DNA of 64,000 bases, taken from contig OZ239628.1 of NCBI GenBank assembly GCA_965195345.1, positions 160,001 through 224,000 of the forward strand, read 5' to 3'. This document shows positions 50,922 to 61,719 of the stretch, piece by piece; within the stretch, counting starts at the first letter, position 1, and each line of letters begins with the position of its first letter. This DNA is from an uncultured Thiomicrospira sp. (GTDB lineage: Bacteria > Pseudomonadota > Gammaproteobacteria > CAKMZV01). The notes under the pieces were generated by a model. That model did no database searches. It saw nothing but the letters and a program-made list of their open reading frames with translations, and was not told the origin of the DNA. The translations under genes and the position numbers were made by a program.

Positions 50922-51514
50922 AAAAAATTGTATTAGCGACGAACAATCGTTCGAAAACGGCTGAGTTGCAGTCGGCATTTGAAGATTTAAACATTTTGCT
51001 CATCCCACAATGCGACTATGATGTGCCAGAAGTAAAAGAAACAGGACTTACATTTGTTGAAAACGCTCTAATCAAAGCTCGCCACGCTGCCAAACATACT
51101 GGTCTGCCTGCTCTCTCTGACGACTCTGGCTTGTCCGTCAAAGCATTACGCGGGGCACCAGGATTACATTCTGCTCGATTCGCACACGATACCGCAACGG
51201 ATGAAGAAAATGTTGCCCATTTATTAAAAACATTGAAGCAAACCCTTGAGCAAGATAGAGCGGCTAAATTTATTTGTATTCTTACTCTGTGTTCAAGCGC
51301 TGAAGATCCAGCACCTCTTATTGCGCAAGGTATTTGGTACGGTAGCATCGCAACAGAACAAAAAGGAACGAATGGTTTTGGTTACGATCCCATTTTTCTT
51401 TTGGACAATGGACTGCACGCCGCTGAACTTGATAGAAAGGATAAAATGACACTATCCCATAGGGGCATCGCAATCGCTAAAATGCGTAGAAAGATACAGG
51501 ATTCCGCCGCTTGA
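50918..51514 (+). CDS. rdgB: dITP/XTP pyrophosphatase
   Basis: LATNN..K, ETGLTFVENA, DDSGL, GFGYDPIF, SHRG. Confidence 0.97.
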   Translation: MKKIVLATNNRSKTAELQSAFEDLNILLIPQCDYDVPEVKETGLTFVENALIKARHAAKHTGLPALSDDSGLSVKALRGAPGLHSARFAHDTATDEENVAHLLKTLKQTLEQDRAAKFICILTLCSSAEDPAPLIAQGIWYGSIATEQKGTNGFGYDPIFLLDNGLHAAELDRKDKMTLSHRGIAIAKMRRKIQDSAA

Positions 51515-52638
51515 CCCCCCCTTCAATTTATATACACCTTCCTTGGTGTATTGAGAAGTGTCCGTATTGCGACTTCAATTCGCATAAAGCACCAACCGTT
51601 ATTCCAGAAGATAAGTACATTGATGCGCTCCTAAAAGATTTTGACAATCAGCGCCTTCATTGGCAGATGCACCAACCAATATCAAGCATTTTTATCGGTG
51701 GAGGTACTCCCTCATTATTTAGTGGCAAGGGAATTGAGCGTCTGCTAAATTCCCTCAATAAAAGCCTTGGGTTTACGAGTGGCATTGAAATCACTCTTGA
51801 AGCAAACCCAGGCGCCGTAGACAGTAAACGCTTTCAAGAATACGCATCGGCTGGTATTAATCGCCTATCTTTAGGGGTTCAATCTTTCAATGATGGGCAT
51901 CTTCAATCTCTCGGGCGCATTCATAATGCCGATCACGCAAAAAAGGCAATTGAACAAGCTATGCAATACTTTTCTCGAGTGAATATAGATTTAATGTATG
52001 CGCTGCCTCAACAAAATCAGGATCAAGCCTATCAAGACTTATTACAAGCAATTGCTTTTAGTCCGCAGCATATATCTTGGTACCAACTAACTATAGAGCC
52101 AAACACGCCTTTTTTCCGCAGCCCTCCTTCGATACCCGATGAGGAGACGTGCGAACAAATAATCACGCAAGGTTTGGCTTTGTTGAGTGCACATAATTAT
52201 GAGCGATATGAAATTTCAGCCTTTGCTCAAAAAGGCGAGGAATCTCGCCATAACCTTAACTATTGGCGCTTTGGAGATTACTTAGGCTTAGGCTGTGGTG
52301 CGCACGGGAAAATATCAAAAAAAGACAGCAGCATATTTAGAACACGGCATATTTCAGCACCTATGGCCTACATTGAACAAATGCTCAAAAAACCGCTTCC
52401 TCTACTAAAACCAATAACAAATGACCAACTCCCCTTTGAATTTATGCTCAACGCCCTGCGATTAATTAACGGCGTAGATGTAAAGCTTGCTGAACAATTA
52501 TTTGACTTAAAAGAAATTGCGCATATCGTGAAGCAAGCACAGGAGAGTGGGCTACTCGAAGTCTCAAGCTCTCGGTTTAAAGCAACGCCTTTTGGGCTGC
52601 GCTTTCTTAACGATTTACAAGCGCTCTTTTTGAAATAG
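51511..52638 (+). CDS. hemW: Radical SAM heme chaperone HemW
   Basis: YIHLPWCIEKCPYCDFN, GGGTPS, YEISA, HNLNYW; follows rdgB. Confidence 0.95.
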   Translation: MTPPSIYIHLPWCIEKCPYCDFNSHKAPTVIPEDKYIDALLKDFDNQRLHWQMHQPISSIFIGGGTPSLFSGKGIERLLNSLNKSLGFTSGIEITLEANPGAVDSKRFQEYASAGINRLSLGVQSFNDGHLQSLGRIHNADHAKKAIEQAMQYFSRVNIDLMYALPQQNQDQAYQDLLQAIAFSPQHISWYQLTIEPNTPFFRSPPSIPDEETCEQIITQGLALLSAHNYERYEISAFAQKGEESRHNLNYWRFGDYLGLGCGAHGKISKKDSSIFRTRHISAPMAYIEQMLKKPLPLLKPITNDQLPFEFMLNALRLINGVDVKLAEQLFDLKEIAHIVKQAQESGLLEVSSSRFKATPFGLRFLNDLQALFLK

Positions 52639-52656
52639 TTTGTTTAACAGAATGTT

Positions 52657-54138
52657 TCAAGAGATCTCTTCAGGAACTCTTTTTCTGATCGCTCCACAAA
52701 CAACCACAAATATTAAAACCCAAAACCATTGATACCCCAAAAACATATAGGGCGTTATTCCTTGCATTTGTGGAACGTTTTTGTTAATTATTCCATTTTG
52801 TTTTTGAGGCAATCGAGCAACCACTTCACCACTTGGGTCAATCACTGCAGAAATACCCGTATTGGTGGATCGAACAATATAACGCCCTGTCTCCTGTGCG
52901 CGTAATTGCGCCATTTGTAATAATTGATCTTGCTCTGCTGTATCGTCAAACCATGCCTCGTTACTCAGATTTAAAATAATCCCTGCAGAGGGCAGTGATT
53001 TTGCAATCTCTTGCCCAAAAGCCAGTTCATAACAAATATTAACGCCTATTTCTATGCCTTCAATGATTAGCTTAGGCTGCTTAAGAGCCCCACTATCAAA
53101 ATCAAAAACGTTAACCCCCCATACTGATAGTAATCGATTAATGAACTCTTTAAAAGGAACGTGCTCCGTGAAAGGAACAAGCCTGCGCTTGTTATACTGC
53201 CAGCTTTCTCCAAACAATATCGCCGAATTAAAAAATTTATCTTCTTGCTTCGTTAAAACACCTGATACGATCATATGTTTTTTTGCCTTGTTTAATGCAT
53301 TTACCTCTTCTATAAAGTCTTTCGCCGTTCTATGCCAATACATTGGAATGGCAGACTCAGGCCAAACAATTAAGTTCGTACCTGTAGATACATTTTTACT
53401 AAGTTGTAAATAATGTCTTAACGTGGGTTCTAAATTATTGGGGAGCCACTTTTCCTTTTGAGCAATATTTCCTTGAATAATGGCAATTTCCAGCGATTTA
53501 CCTGTTTCTTTGGTGAATTGGGTCGGCAATAACCAAATTGATATACACAGAATTGCCGCTGCTATAAGCCCGCCTTTTATTCGTGGTTGCTGTATCCAGC
53601 TAAGCATCCAAACAATCATCGTAACCCATACGAAGGAGATGCCATAAACACCAAGCCAAGGCGCGAGGTTTGACAAAAAAGTATCACTAAAAGCATAGCC
53701 CGATGTCAGCCATGGAATACCTCCGAAAAAATTCCCCTTTCCCCACTCGAGTAATGTCCAAAGAGCACCCGTACAAATGCCTTTAAAAAACCAATTACAT
53801 TCTCTATAGCGTCTTGCAAATACAGCAAACAACCCTGTGAAAAAGCTCCAGCATAAACCCAAAAAAAGAGCCATGAAAAACCCAATTATCCAAGGAAAAT
53901 TCTCAACCTCTGTACTGCTTATAATCCATTCGCCGATATGAATGAATAGACCTAAACCCCAAAAAATCCCTAAAATAAATCGTGTTTTCGCTGCTGAAAT
54001 TTTTTCAATAAGAAACAATAGCCCAATGCCAGAAATCAACAGTAATATTAAAACTTTGCTCGGCGCGAAACCAAATCCACCGATGTAACCTAATCCAAGG
54101 GCGCTTAGTAGATATAATGAGCGTAGAAACATTGCCAC
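52657..54138 (-). CDS. lnt: Apolipoprotein N-acyltransferase
   Basis: Multiple TMs; QGNI, WPES, K..LVPF, ICYE, STNTG.S. Confidence 0.96.
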   Translation of the reverse strand: MAMFLRSLYLLSALGLGYIGGFGFAPSKVLILLLISGIGLLFLIEKISAAKTRFILGIFWGLGLFIHIGEWIISSTEVENFPWIIGFFMALFLGLCWSFFTGLFAVFARRYRECNWFFKGICTGALWTLLEWGKGNFFGGIPWLTSGYAFSDTFLSNLAPWLGVYGISFVWVTMIVWMLSWIQQPRIKGGLIAAAILCISIWLLPTQFTKETGKSLEIAIIQGNIAQKEKWLPNNLEPTLRHYLQLSKNVSTGTNLIVWPESAIPMYWHRTAKDFIEEVNALNKAKKHMIVSGVLTKQEDKFFNSAILFGESWQYNKRRLVPFTEHVPFKEFINRLLSVWGVNVFDFDSGALKQPKLIIEGIEIGVNICYELAFGQEIAKSLPSAGIILNLSNEAWFDDTAEQDQLLQMAQLRAQETGRYIVRSTNTGISAVIDPSGEVVARLPQKQNGIINKNVPQMQGITPYMFLGYQWFWVLIFVVVCGAIRKRVPEEIS

Positions 54139-54229
54139 ATTGTAACTATTTCACGCATTAAGTTTTGTGAAAAGCTCAGAAGTTCAATGGTATTTAGGTT
54201 ATTGAACAACTTAACGGGAAGGAAACTAT

Positions 54230-54565
54230 ATGAAAAGCATTTTTAGCAAAATACTTGATGGAGAAATACCATCTGAAATCATTTTCCAAGATGATCTTTG
54301 CTTTTGCATCCGTGACATCAATCCAAGAGCGCCCGTGCATCTTCTAATCATTCCTAAGAAACCGATCATTTCTCTCGCTCATCTTGAGGAAGACGACGAG
54401 GAGATAATTGGGCATATGTTAATGCAACTTCAACCCTTAGCTGAGCAAGCCGGCATTGGTGGGCATTTCAAAACACAGATACATACTGGATCTGGTGGTG
54501 GACAGGAAGTTTTTCATCTGCACTTTCACTTATTAGGCGATCCAACAAACATTCCAAATGACTAA
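54230..54565 (+). CDS. hinT: HIT family nucleotide-binding protein
   Basis: SIFSKI, DINPRAPVH, GGQEVFHLHFHLLG. Confidence 0.93.
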   Translation: MKSIFSKILDGEIPSEIIFQDDLCFCIRDINPRAPVHLLIIPKKPIISLAHLEEDDEEIIGHMLMQLQPLAEQAGIGGHFKTQIHTGSGGGQEVFHLHFHLLGDPTNIPND

Positions 54566-57215
54566 TCAGGAAAAACCCTCCGTTCTTTTGATAGATGGCT
54601 CATCATTCCTTTTTCGCTCCTATCATGCCCCCGCCTTAACGCGCTTAACAAGCCCAGACGGGCAGCCCACGGGAGCTATGTTTGGTGTTAATCGTATGAT
54701 AGATCAAATGCTTACCCTGTATCCTACAGATAAGTTTATCGTCGTTTTCGATCCACGTGGGAAAACAAGAAGGCACCAATGGCTTGAAACATACAAAGCA
54801 AATCGCCCCCCTACGCCCGCTGATCTTATTCAACAGTTTCAGCCTCTTATACAAATTATTAAGGCTCGAGGCATTCCGGTTATTACCGTTGATGGCGAAG
54901 AAGCAGACGATGTTATTGGAACTTTAACATATCGCTTTCATCGCAAAGGTTATCGTGTTTTTATTGCAACAGGCGATAAAGATATGGCTCAGTTAGTAAA
55001 TGATGACGTAAAACTGGTTAATTCCATCAAAAATCAAATGTCTCAAATGAACTCCGCTGGAGTTTTTGATAAGTTTGGTGTTCGTCCAAATCAAATAGCA
55101 GATTATTTGGCTCTCGTAGGTGATAGCGCTGATAACATCCCTGGAGTGCCTGGAGTAGGCGCGAAAACTGCGGCACGTTTATTGCAAAAATACGACAGTT
55201 TAGATGGAATTGTCAGCAATTTTGATGAAATTCCCGGCAAAGTTGGCAATTCTCTTAAAGAAAACGTTGAGCGATTTCCATTATTGAAAAAATTAACAAC
55301 TATTATTTGTGACTTAGATCTCGGGGTTGATATCGATGATCTTACTGTGACCGAACCCAACATCGACTCTCTGCGTGTTCTCTATCAACAATATGGATTC
55401 ACTGCATCCTTGCGAGCACTTGAAAAAATCAACCCACCTGTCGCTGAAACCAATGACCGTTTAGAGACTAACGTAACTTGGCTCACCCCTGATAACTTTG
55501 CGGCAATGACCGAGAAATTAGAGGCTCCTTTATGGTGCTATCCCGTTACTGTTGCGCAACATTGGCAGCCTGAAATCCTTGCTTTTATCATCGGTGATAA
55601 CACGCAAACGGGGATACTGCTCTACGATCAAAGTAACTGGCTAGATCGTATATCTGAATGGGTTCATGCTGCGACAGCAAGTGGCTCTTGGTACTGCCAT
55701 GATTTCAAGCATTTATTGCATTGCCTCGGCTGGCAAGGAACATTACCAGAAACTGATTTAATGCTTGCCTCCTACGTTCTCAACAGTGCCTCTAAACACG
55801 ACCTCATTAGCTTAAGTGCACAATGGGCGCCCAATTTTGGCGAGCAATTAAATGCGATGAGAAATATTGCATCCAAACAAGATGCTGATCAAATAAAGAA
55901 AAGCGATTGGCTACAAATAGCGGCGGAACTTGGGCAGATAATGCCTAACGTGTACCAAATGCTCAGCAAAGCATTAGGTGAAGACCAAAAGCGCAAAGAC
56001 TTGCTCAATAATATGGAGCTGCCTTTGTCCTATATTTTGTGGCAAATAGAGGCAACAGGTGTTGGTATTGATAAAAACGCTTTGTTAGAGTTTAGTTACG
56101 ACCTTAACCAGTCGATCGAAACTTTACAAGCGGATGCTTTTGCCTTGGCGAAAGAACCGTTCAACTTAGATTCTCCAAAACAAATACGCGAAGTTCTCTT
56201 TGAGCGTATGGGGTTGCCAACGATTAAAAAAACTGCTTCAGGAGAGGCTTCAACAAACGAAGAAGTTCTGCAACATCTTGCGAATAAAGGACATGAAATT
56301 GCAAGCATTATCATTCAACGTCGGCAAAAAGCGAAATTGAAATCAACATATACAGATGCGCTACAAAAACATATTGATAACATGGATCAACGCATCCATT
56401 CGCACTTTAACCAAGCAATTGCCAATACAGGAAGACTGTCATCCAGCCACCCAAATTTACAAAATATCCCAATAAAAGGCGAAGACGGTAAGCGCCTACG
56501 AAAATCTTTTATTGCGACGATGAACAGAAAACTGTTATCTGCTGACTATTCACAAATTGAACTACGCATCCTAGCACACATGTGCGATGATCAAAATATG
56601 CAAAAGGCCTTTGCTGAAGGCAAGGACATCCACTCTGCCACTGCATCAGAATTATTCCACATAGCCGTTGATGAGATTACCAGCGATCAGAGGCGCTATG
56701 CAAAAACAATTAACTTTGGACTTATTTATGGCATGGGTGCTTTTAGCCTATCAAACCAGCTTGGCGTAGACCGAAAAGAAGCAGAAGAATACATTAAACT
56801 ATATTTCCTAAAATACCCGAACGTCCTTAAATATATGGAAGAAAGCCGCCAATTTGCAAAAAATAACGGCTATATTGAAACCTTTTTAGGTCGCAAAATT
56901 ACACTGCCTGATATTAATTCCAAGCATCATGCGATTCGACAATACGCTGAACGTGCCGCCATTAATGCGCCCATTCAAGGAGCTGCAGCAGATATCATAA
57001 AAATGGCAATGATATCCATGTACGAACTACTGCATGCCGAAACCGATATACTAATGACTTTGCAAATTCACGATGAACTGCTGTTCGAAGTCGACGCTTC
57101 TATGGTGGAACATTACTCAGCGTTGATCCGCAAAACGATGGAGGGAGTAACCACACTAAAAGTGCCCTTGAAAGTCGATATTGGTATTGGTGATAATTGG
57201 GCACAAGCCCATTAA
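54558..57215 (+). CDS. polA: DNA polymerase I
   Basis: 5'-nuclease LIDGSS, EADD, GDSADNIPGV; polymerase motifs DYSQIELR, AKTINFGLIYG, QIHDEL. Confidence 0.98.
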   Translation: MTNQEKPSVLLIDGSSFLFRSYHAPALTRLTSPDGQPTGAMFGVNRMIDQMLTLYPTDKFIVVFDPRGKTRRHQWLETYKANRPPTPADLIQQFQPLIQIIKARGIPVITVDGEEADDVIGTLTYRFHRKGYRVFIATGDKDMAQLVNDDVKLVNSIKNQMSQMNSAGVFDKFGVRPNQIADYLALVGDSADNIPGVPGVGAKTAARLLQKYDSLDGIVSNFDEIPGKVGNSLKENVERFPLLKKLTTIICDLDLGVDIDDLTVTEPNIDSLRVLYQQYGFTASLRALEKINPPVAETNDRLETNVTWLTPDNFAAMTEKLEAPLWCYPVTVAQHWQPEILAFIIGDNTQTGILLYDQSNWLDRISEWVHAATASGSWYCHDFKHLLHCLGWQGTLPETDLMLASYVLNSASKHDLISLSAQWAPNFGEQLNAMRNIASKQDADQIKKSDWLQIAAELGQIMPNVYQMLSKALGEDQKRKDLLNNMELPLSYILWQIEATGVGIDKNALLEFSYDLNQSIETLQADAFALAKEPFNLDSPKQIREVLFERMGLPTIKKTASGEASTNEEVLQHLANKGHEIASIIIQRRQKAKLKSTYTDALQKHIDNMDQRIHSHFNQAIANTGRLSSSHPNLQNIPIKGEDGKRLRKSFIATMNRKLLSADYSQIELRILAHMCDDQNMQKAFAEGKDIHSATASELFHIAVDEITSDQRRYAKTINFGLIYGMGAFSLSNQLGVDRKEAEEYIKLYFLKYPNVLKYMEESRQFAKNNGYIETFLGRKITLPDINSKHHAIRQYAERAAINAPIQGAAADIIKMAMISMYELLHAETDILMTLQIHDELLFEVDASMVEHYSALIRKTMEGVTTLKVPLKVDIGIGDNWAQAH

Positions 57216-57219
57216 AAAT

Positions 57220-58737
57220 TTACTGACTCAAATCAGCAAGAAAGTCTACAATTTTTAGCCGTTGAACCTTTCCAGAAGGTCCTTTAGGTAGCGCGCTTAC
57301 AAAGTGAATTTTACGCGGTGCCTTGAACCCCCCAACGCTCTCCTCACAAAGACTGATGAAAGACGCCTCTTCAACGCTTACCCCTTCCTTACACACCACG
57401 CATGCCTCAACATCTTGCCCGTACTTCGCACAAGGAACGGCAAAGCAAGCTGCCTCTATGACATGAGGATGGGTATATAAAACTTCATCTATTTCTCGCG
57501 GAGCAATATTCTCCCCGCCCTTAATAATAAGCTCTTTTATCCTACCGGTAACTTGAATATAGCCTTCTTCATCGATCGTCCCGATATCCCCACTACGATA
57601 CCAACCATCCGATGTAAAAGCAGCAATGGTTGCTTGATCATTTTTATGATACCCTTGCATAACATTTCTACCCAAAACCTGTATTTCTCCCTCCTCTCCA
57701 ACGTGGCATTGCTCGTTTCTTTCATTAGCAATGCGCACCTCATTACCAAAGGGTCGCCCAACAGTTCCTATTTTGCGTTTTTTGGGAGGTCTTGGGTTTG
57801 AAAGGATTTGAGCGGCCGTTTCTGTGATGCCCATTGTTTCAATGATTGGAATGTTAAGATGTTTTTCAAGAATCCGATGCGTTTCCATTGGTAAAGGAGC
57901 GGAGGCAGATCGAATAAATTGTAAAGATGTTATATCGAAATCTTGCAATTTAATCGCCTTCTCTCCTCCTTCGATCGCATAGATCAGAAAGTTCAACATC
58001 GTTGGAACGACACTTACCCATGTAACCCGGTTTTCTTCAATACAAGGGAAAAAACCACTTACACTAAATTGCTTAGCAAGAACAAGCGTTGAACCACACA
58101 CCAATGTGGACATGACGCTAACGCACTGCGCATTGATATGGAACAGAGGCAACACACACATCCCCACATCATCACTAGAAAGCGCATGTGCATTTGCTGA
58201 ATTTTCTCCCCCCGCAATCATGTTGTCATGCGTTAAAACGACCCCTTTAGGATCACCAGTTGTTCCACTTGTGTACATAAGCAGTGCCTGATCCTGCTCA
58301 TCTTGCGCAGGAATCTCTTTGCTCGCGCGCTCAAAAACGTTATCATCCACAATTTGAATTTTAGGACTGAAATTAAGCTCCAAGGTTGCGATTAAGTCCG
58401 CTCTTTCCGAGTCAACAAAAATAATTGGCGGTTGCGCATGATTTAAAACATACGTCATTGCCTTTTTACCAGATACTAAGTTTAATGACAAGAAAACGCG
58501 TCCTGCAGCCATAGTAGAAAGTAATAATTCAAGCGCCTCTTTTGAGTTTGGCAGAGCAAGCGCCACGATACTTTTTGGCTTGATATTATGGTGTTCAAAA
58601 AAGGCATGCACCTTTAGTGCTGTTCTTAATAGCTGAGAATAGCTAACGCGCTTTCCACTCTCTGGAAAGATGAAAGCAGATTTTTCAGGATGTTTTTCTG
58701 CCCAATGTTCCAAATATGCCGCAACAGTTCTTTTCAT
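57220..58737 (-). CDS. sauT: Acyl-CoA synthetase, probable sulfoacetate--CoA ligase
   Basis: YTSGTTGDPKG, RSASAPL, ETMGITE, PKGPSGKVQR; overlaps sauS; specificity inferred from context. Confidence 0.8.
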   Translation of the reverse strand: MKRTVAAYLEHWAEKHPEKSAFIFPESGKRVSYSQLLRTALKVHAFFEHHNIKPKSIVALALPNSKEALELLLSTMAAGRVFLSLNLVSGKKAMTYVLNHAQPPIIFVDSERADLIATLELNFSPKIQIVDDNVFERASKEIPAQDEQDQALLMYTSGTTGDPKGVVLTHDNMIAGGENSANAHALSSDDVGMCVLPLFHINAQCVSVMSTLVCGSTLVLAKQFSVSGFFPCIEENRVTWVSVVPTMLNFLIYAIEGGEKAIKLQDFDITSLQFIRSASAPLPMETHRILEKHLNIPIIETMGITETAAQILSNPRPPKKRKIGTVGRPFGNEVRIANERNEQCHVGEEGEIQVLGRNVMQGYHKNDQATIAAFTSDGWYRSGDIGTIDEEGYIQVTGRIKELIIKGGENIAPREIDEVLYTHPHVIEAACFAVPCAKYGQDVEACVVCKEGVSVEEASFISLCEESVGGFKAPRKIHFVSALPKGPSGKVQRLKIVDFLADLSQ

Positions 58738-60128
58738 GAATGATTTTTAGCAATATATTCGCCTAATATTGAAGCGACTGTCGGCTCGTCTACCTCAATT
58801 TCTCGGATAATTCGAGTGACGTTCATGAAGTGCTCGACATTAAGATTAGTAGAAATTGAATTCTTTCCCCAACTGCCACAACCCATTGATAGTGAAAAGG
58901 GCATTCCATTATTAAAAGCACCTCCTGTAGCAATAGAGTGCGCTTGATTAACTATCACTCGACAGGTCGGTAAATCAAGACCCAATTGAAGAATGTTCTC
59001 TTCATCATTGCTGTGGATTCCAAGCGAATGTCCAGCGCCTTGAACCTCGAGCAATTGATTTGCCAAGTGCTTCGCCTCGCTAAAATCACGGACCTTGAAA
59101 AGGGTAAGCACAGGAGACATCCGCTCTCGACAAAACGGGTGATTCAAGTTGTTTTTATCATGCTCAACAACCAGCATACTCGTCAACTCTGAGCTCTCAA
59201 TTCCTACTGCTTTCGCTAGCGTATTTGCTGATTGAGCAATCAACCCAACGTTTAATTTACCCTCGGGCCACAACCCATCAAGAAGCTGTTGCCTTTGTGT
59301 TAAATTCAATAACAGCCCGCCTTGCTTTTGCAATGCTTTGATAAAATCTTGGTAATGCTCTTCCAAACAAATGACGTTATTTTCAGACGAACATGAAGTG
59401 GCATTATCGAACGTTTTCGACCGCTTAATTTTTTCCGCTACATTCTCAACATCGGCACTTGCATCAATAATCGTTGTAACATTACCTGTACCAACTCCTA
59501 TTGTAGAAGTCCCGCTGGAATAAGCCCTGCGAACATTGCTTTGTGATCCAGTTACTACAACAAAATCAACGATTTGCATTAGCTCTTGGACGTCTGATTT
59601 GTTGACTGGCATGGGCATTTGCTGCACCAAATGACGCGGTGCGCCAATCTTGTCGAACTCTTGATGTATGTATCCTATCAATATCTTCGCAACGTCTGCC
59701 CCTTTGGGTGAGGGTGCAACAATAACAGCATTGCCACATTTAAGCGAATTAATAATCTTGTTGACTGGTGTCGCAATTGGATTGGTTGACGGAGTTAGTG
59801 CCGCAACCACACCCAAAGGGCGTGCAATCTCTGTTATTCCTTTTTTAGGGTTTTCAGAAATAATCCCTGTCGTTTTCCGCCCTCGCAGGTCACGTAACAA
59901 TCCCAACGTTTTCCGATGGTTTTTGACAACCTTGTCGGCAACGTTGCCGAGCCCCGTATCTGCAACGGCCTTTTCTGAAAGCAATTGATTGCGCTTTGGC
60001 TCCATAACAGCCCACGCAACCGCATGCGTTAGCTCATCAAGACTCTTTTGAGAATAGCCCACAATTTGTTGTTGTGCCAATTGCGCTTGCTTTACAAGTG
60101 TGGGTATTTCTTTTGAAGAATCGTGCAT
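58734..60128 (-). CDS. sauS: Acylating sulfoacetaldehyde dehydrogenase
   Basis: DTGLGNVADK..KNHRKTLGLLRDL, PSTNP, FDNATSCSSEN, PFSLSMGCGSWG. Confidence 0.87.
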   Translation of the reverse strand: MHDSSKEIPTLVKQAQLAQQQIVGYSQKSLDELTHAVAWAVMEPKRNQLLSEKAVADTGLGNVADKVVKNHRKTLGLLRDLRGRKTTGIISENPKKGITEIARPLGVVAALTPSTNPIATPVNKIINSLKCGNAVIVAPSPKGADVAKILIGYIHQEFDKIGAPRHLVQQMPMPVNKSDVQELMQIVDFVVVTGSQSNVRRAYSSGTSTIGVGTGNVTTIIDASADVENVAEKIKRSKTFDNATSCSSENNVICLEEHYQDFIKALQKQGGLLLNLTQRQQLLDGLWPEGKLNVGLIAQSANTLAKAVGIESSELTSMLVVEHDKNNLNHPFCRERMSPVLTLFKVRDFSEAKHLANQLLEVQGAGHSLGIHSNDEENILQLGLDLPTCRVIVNQAHSIATGGAFNNGMPFSLSMGCGSWGKNSISTNLNVEHFMNVTRIIREIEVDEPTVASILGEYIAKNHS

Positions 60129-60159
60129 CGTATTATTTTGATTTTTCTGCCACTGACTT

Positions 60160-60187
60160 GCCCCTCTCTTTAGATTAAGAGAGGGGC
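60160..60187. other. Perfect 11-bp inverted repeat between tctC and sauS
   Basis: GCCCCTCTCTT-TAGATT-AAGAGAGGGGC; no U-tract on the transcribed (-) strand. Confidence 0.75.
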
Positions 60188-60194
60188 TTCTCGT

Positions 60195-61175
60195 TTACAA
60201 ATCTTTAAGCAACTCTTTGAGAAATGCTTCCCGCTTTTTCCACATAGCGGCAACTTCTTCTCTATTCATAATGCGAACGGGCGACCCGCCTGCTTTCATG
60301 CGCTTATCAACACGCGCATTCGCAAACATTTTAGGAAAAGCACCCGCCAATCGATTAACAACCTCTTTTGGCGTGCCTTTGCGTACCATAACGCCCCTGA
60401 AGTTCACACTAGAATCATCAACATTTACGCCTTGTTCTTTAAACGTCGGCACATCAGGCAAAAATTCCGTATTACGGTTATTATCCGCTACGGCAATGAT
60501 TTTCAAGTTAGCGCGACTGCGATAAGCATCTGATAGATTATTAATCCCCGCCATAACATGCCCGCCCATAACTGATTTTAATGCGCCCGCTCCACCTTTT
60601 TTATCAGGCACATAGGTTAACTTTGTTCCTGTCTCTTTTTGAATTTGCAAAAAGGCAATATGATGACCCACAAACAACCCCGCACCAGATATCGTCATCT
60701 TTCTTGGATTGTTTTTAGCAAACTTCACAAAATCATTAAGATTATTAATCGGACTGTCTTTACTCACAATCAAAACCGCTGGATCCGCGCCCCAGTTTGC
60801 AATCGGCTCTAAGTTATTTATATTGTACTTCGTCTTGAATTTTATAGATTGCGCAATAAAATGCGGGACGTTATATGCTGACAATTCATAACCATCCGTT
60901 TTTGCTTTGGAAGCATACTGATTCCAACCCTTTCGTCCTCCCGCCCCAGGGCGATTAAGAATGACTATAGGTTGTCCAAGATACTCCTCATTACCAGCAA
61001 CCATTGTTACAATCCTTGCTTGGAAATCAGTGGCCCCGCCAGCGCCGTAAGAAACGGACAAACTAATTGGTCTATCTGGAAAGTCTTCTGCCTGAACAGA
61101 CGTTGAAAGCAATCCAATACCCGCTATTAATGCGAAAAAAGCAGTAACAAGCGATTTGTATTTTTTAATAATCAT
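60195..61175 (-). CDS. Tripartite tricarboxylate transporter substrate-binding protein (TctC/Bug)
   Basis: Signal peptide, FPDRPI, GAGGATD, NRPGAGG, DGY, PDVPT..E.G. Confidence 0.93.
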   Translation of the reverse strand: MIIKKYKSLVTAFFALIAGIGLLSTSVQAEDFPDRPISLSVSYGAGGATDFQARIVTMVAGNEEYLGQPIVILNRPGAGGRKGWNQYASKAKTDGYELSAYNVPHFIAQSIKFKTKYNINNLEPIANWGADPAVLIVSKDSPINNLNDFVKFAKNNPRKMTISGAGLFVGHHIAFLQIQKETGTKLTYVPDKKGGAGALKSVMGGHVMAGINNLSDAYRSRANLKIIAVADNNRNTEFLPDVPTFKEQGVNVDDSSVNFRGVMVRKGTPKEVVNRLAGAFPKMFANARVDKRMKAGGSPVRIMNREEVAAMWKKREAFLKELLKDL

Positions 61176-61236
61176 AACGATTCTCCTTTAAAGTTAAATG
61201 TGTAAAAATTTACACGCATCTTCACCACAATTCTGT

Positions 61237-61719
61237 TTACAAAATCCAGCCTCTTGGCGTCTGCACTTGAAGCAGTACACTAAACAGCAAATATACAACT
61301 ATAACAAATCCCATAGCAAAAAGCCCATCTTTGATTACAGCGGGTAACCACGCGCTTTTTTGCGCAATAGCATTCCTAATCTGCGCAGAATACATGTAAA
61401 CTGTTAGCAGCATGAAACCGAAACATACCATATAAAACCCAACCGTTTCTGCCACCGTAACCAAAACGATCGACGCAATAAACCCTGGCATGAAATTGCG
61501 TATTGCACGGCGATTGATTTTTATTTCTCCCGTCCCTTTAAACTGCGAAATAAAAAAATCGGCAACAGTTGTTATTAGCATAACTGCAACGACCACCTTA
61601 GGAAATAAATACGCTTGACCATCGTCCTCGAAGAACGTGGCACCTGTCACTACAATAGCGACCGCCAGTAAAACTAAATTAGTGATAACTGGCGAGATTT
61701 TCAACGGTTGCTCTTTCAT
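61237..61719 (-). CDS. TTT small membrane subunit (TctB)
   Basis: 4-5 TMs, FP motif, C-terminal LFSVLLQV.TP.G; ATGA overlap with the tctA stop. Confidence 0.85.
   Translation of the reverse strand: MKEQPLKISPVITNLVLLAVAIVVTGATFFEDDGQAYLFPKVVVAVMLITTVADFFISQFKGTGEIKINRRAIRNFMPGFIASIVLVTVAETVGFYMVCFGFMLLTVYMYSAQIRNAIAQKSAWLPAVIKDGLFAMGFVIVVYLLFSVLLQVQTPRGWIL

Noticed and set aside
58734-60128. Bacterial microcompartment (EutE/PduP-like) locus
   Set aside because: No shell protein genes or encapsulation peptide; motifs and ligase neighbour fit SauS
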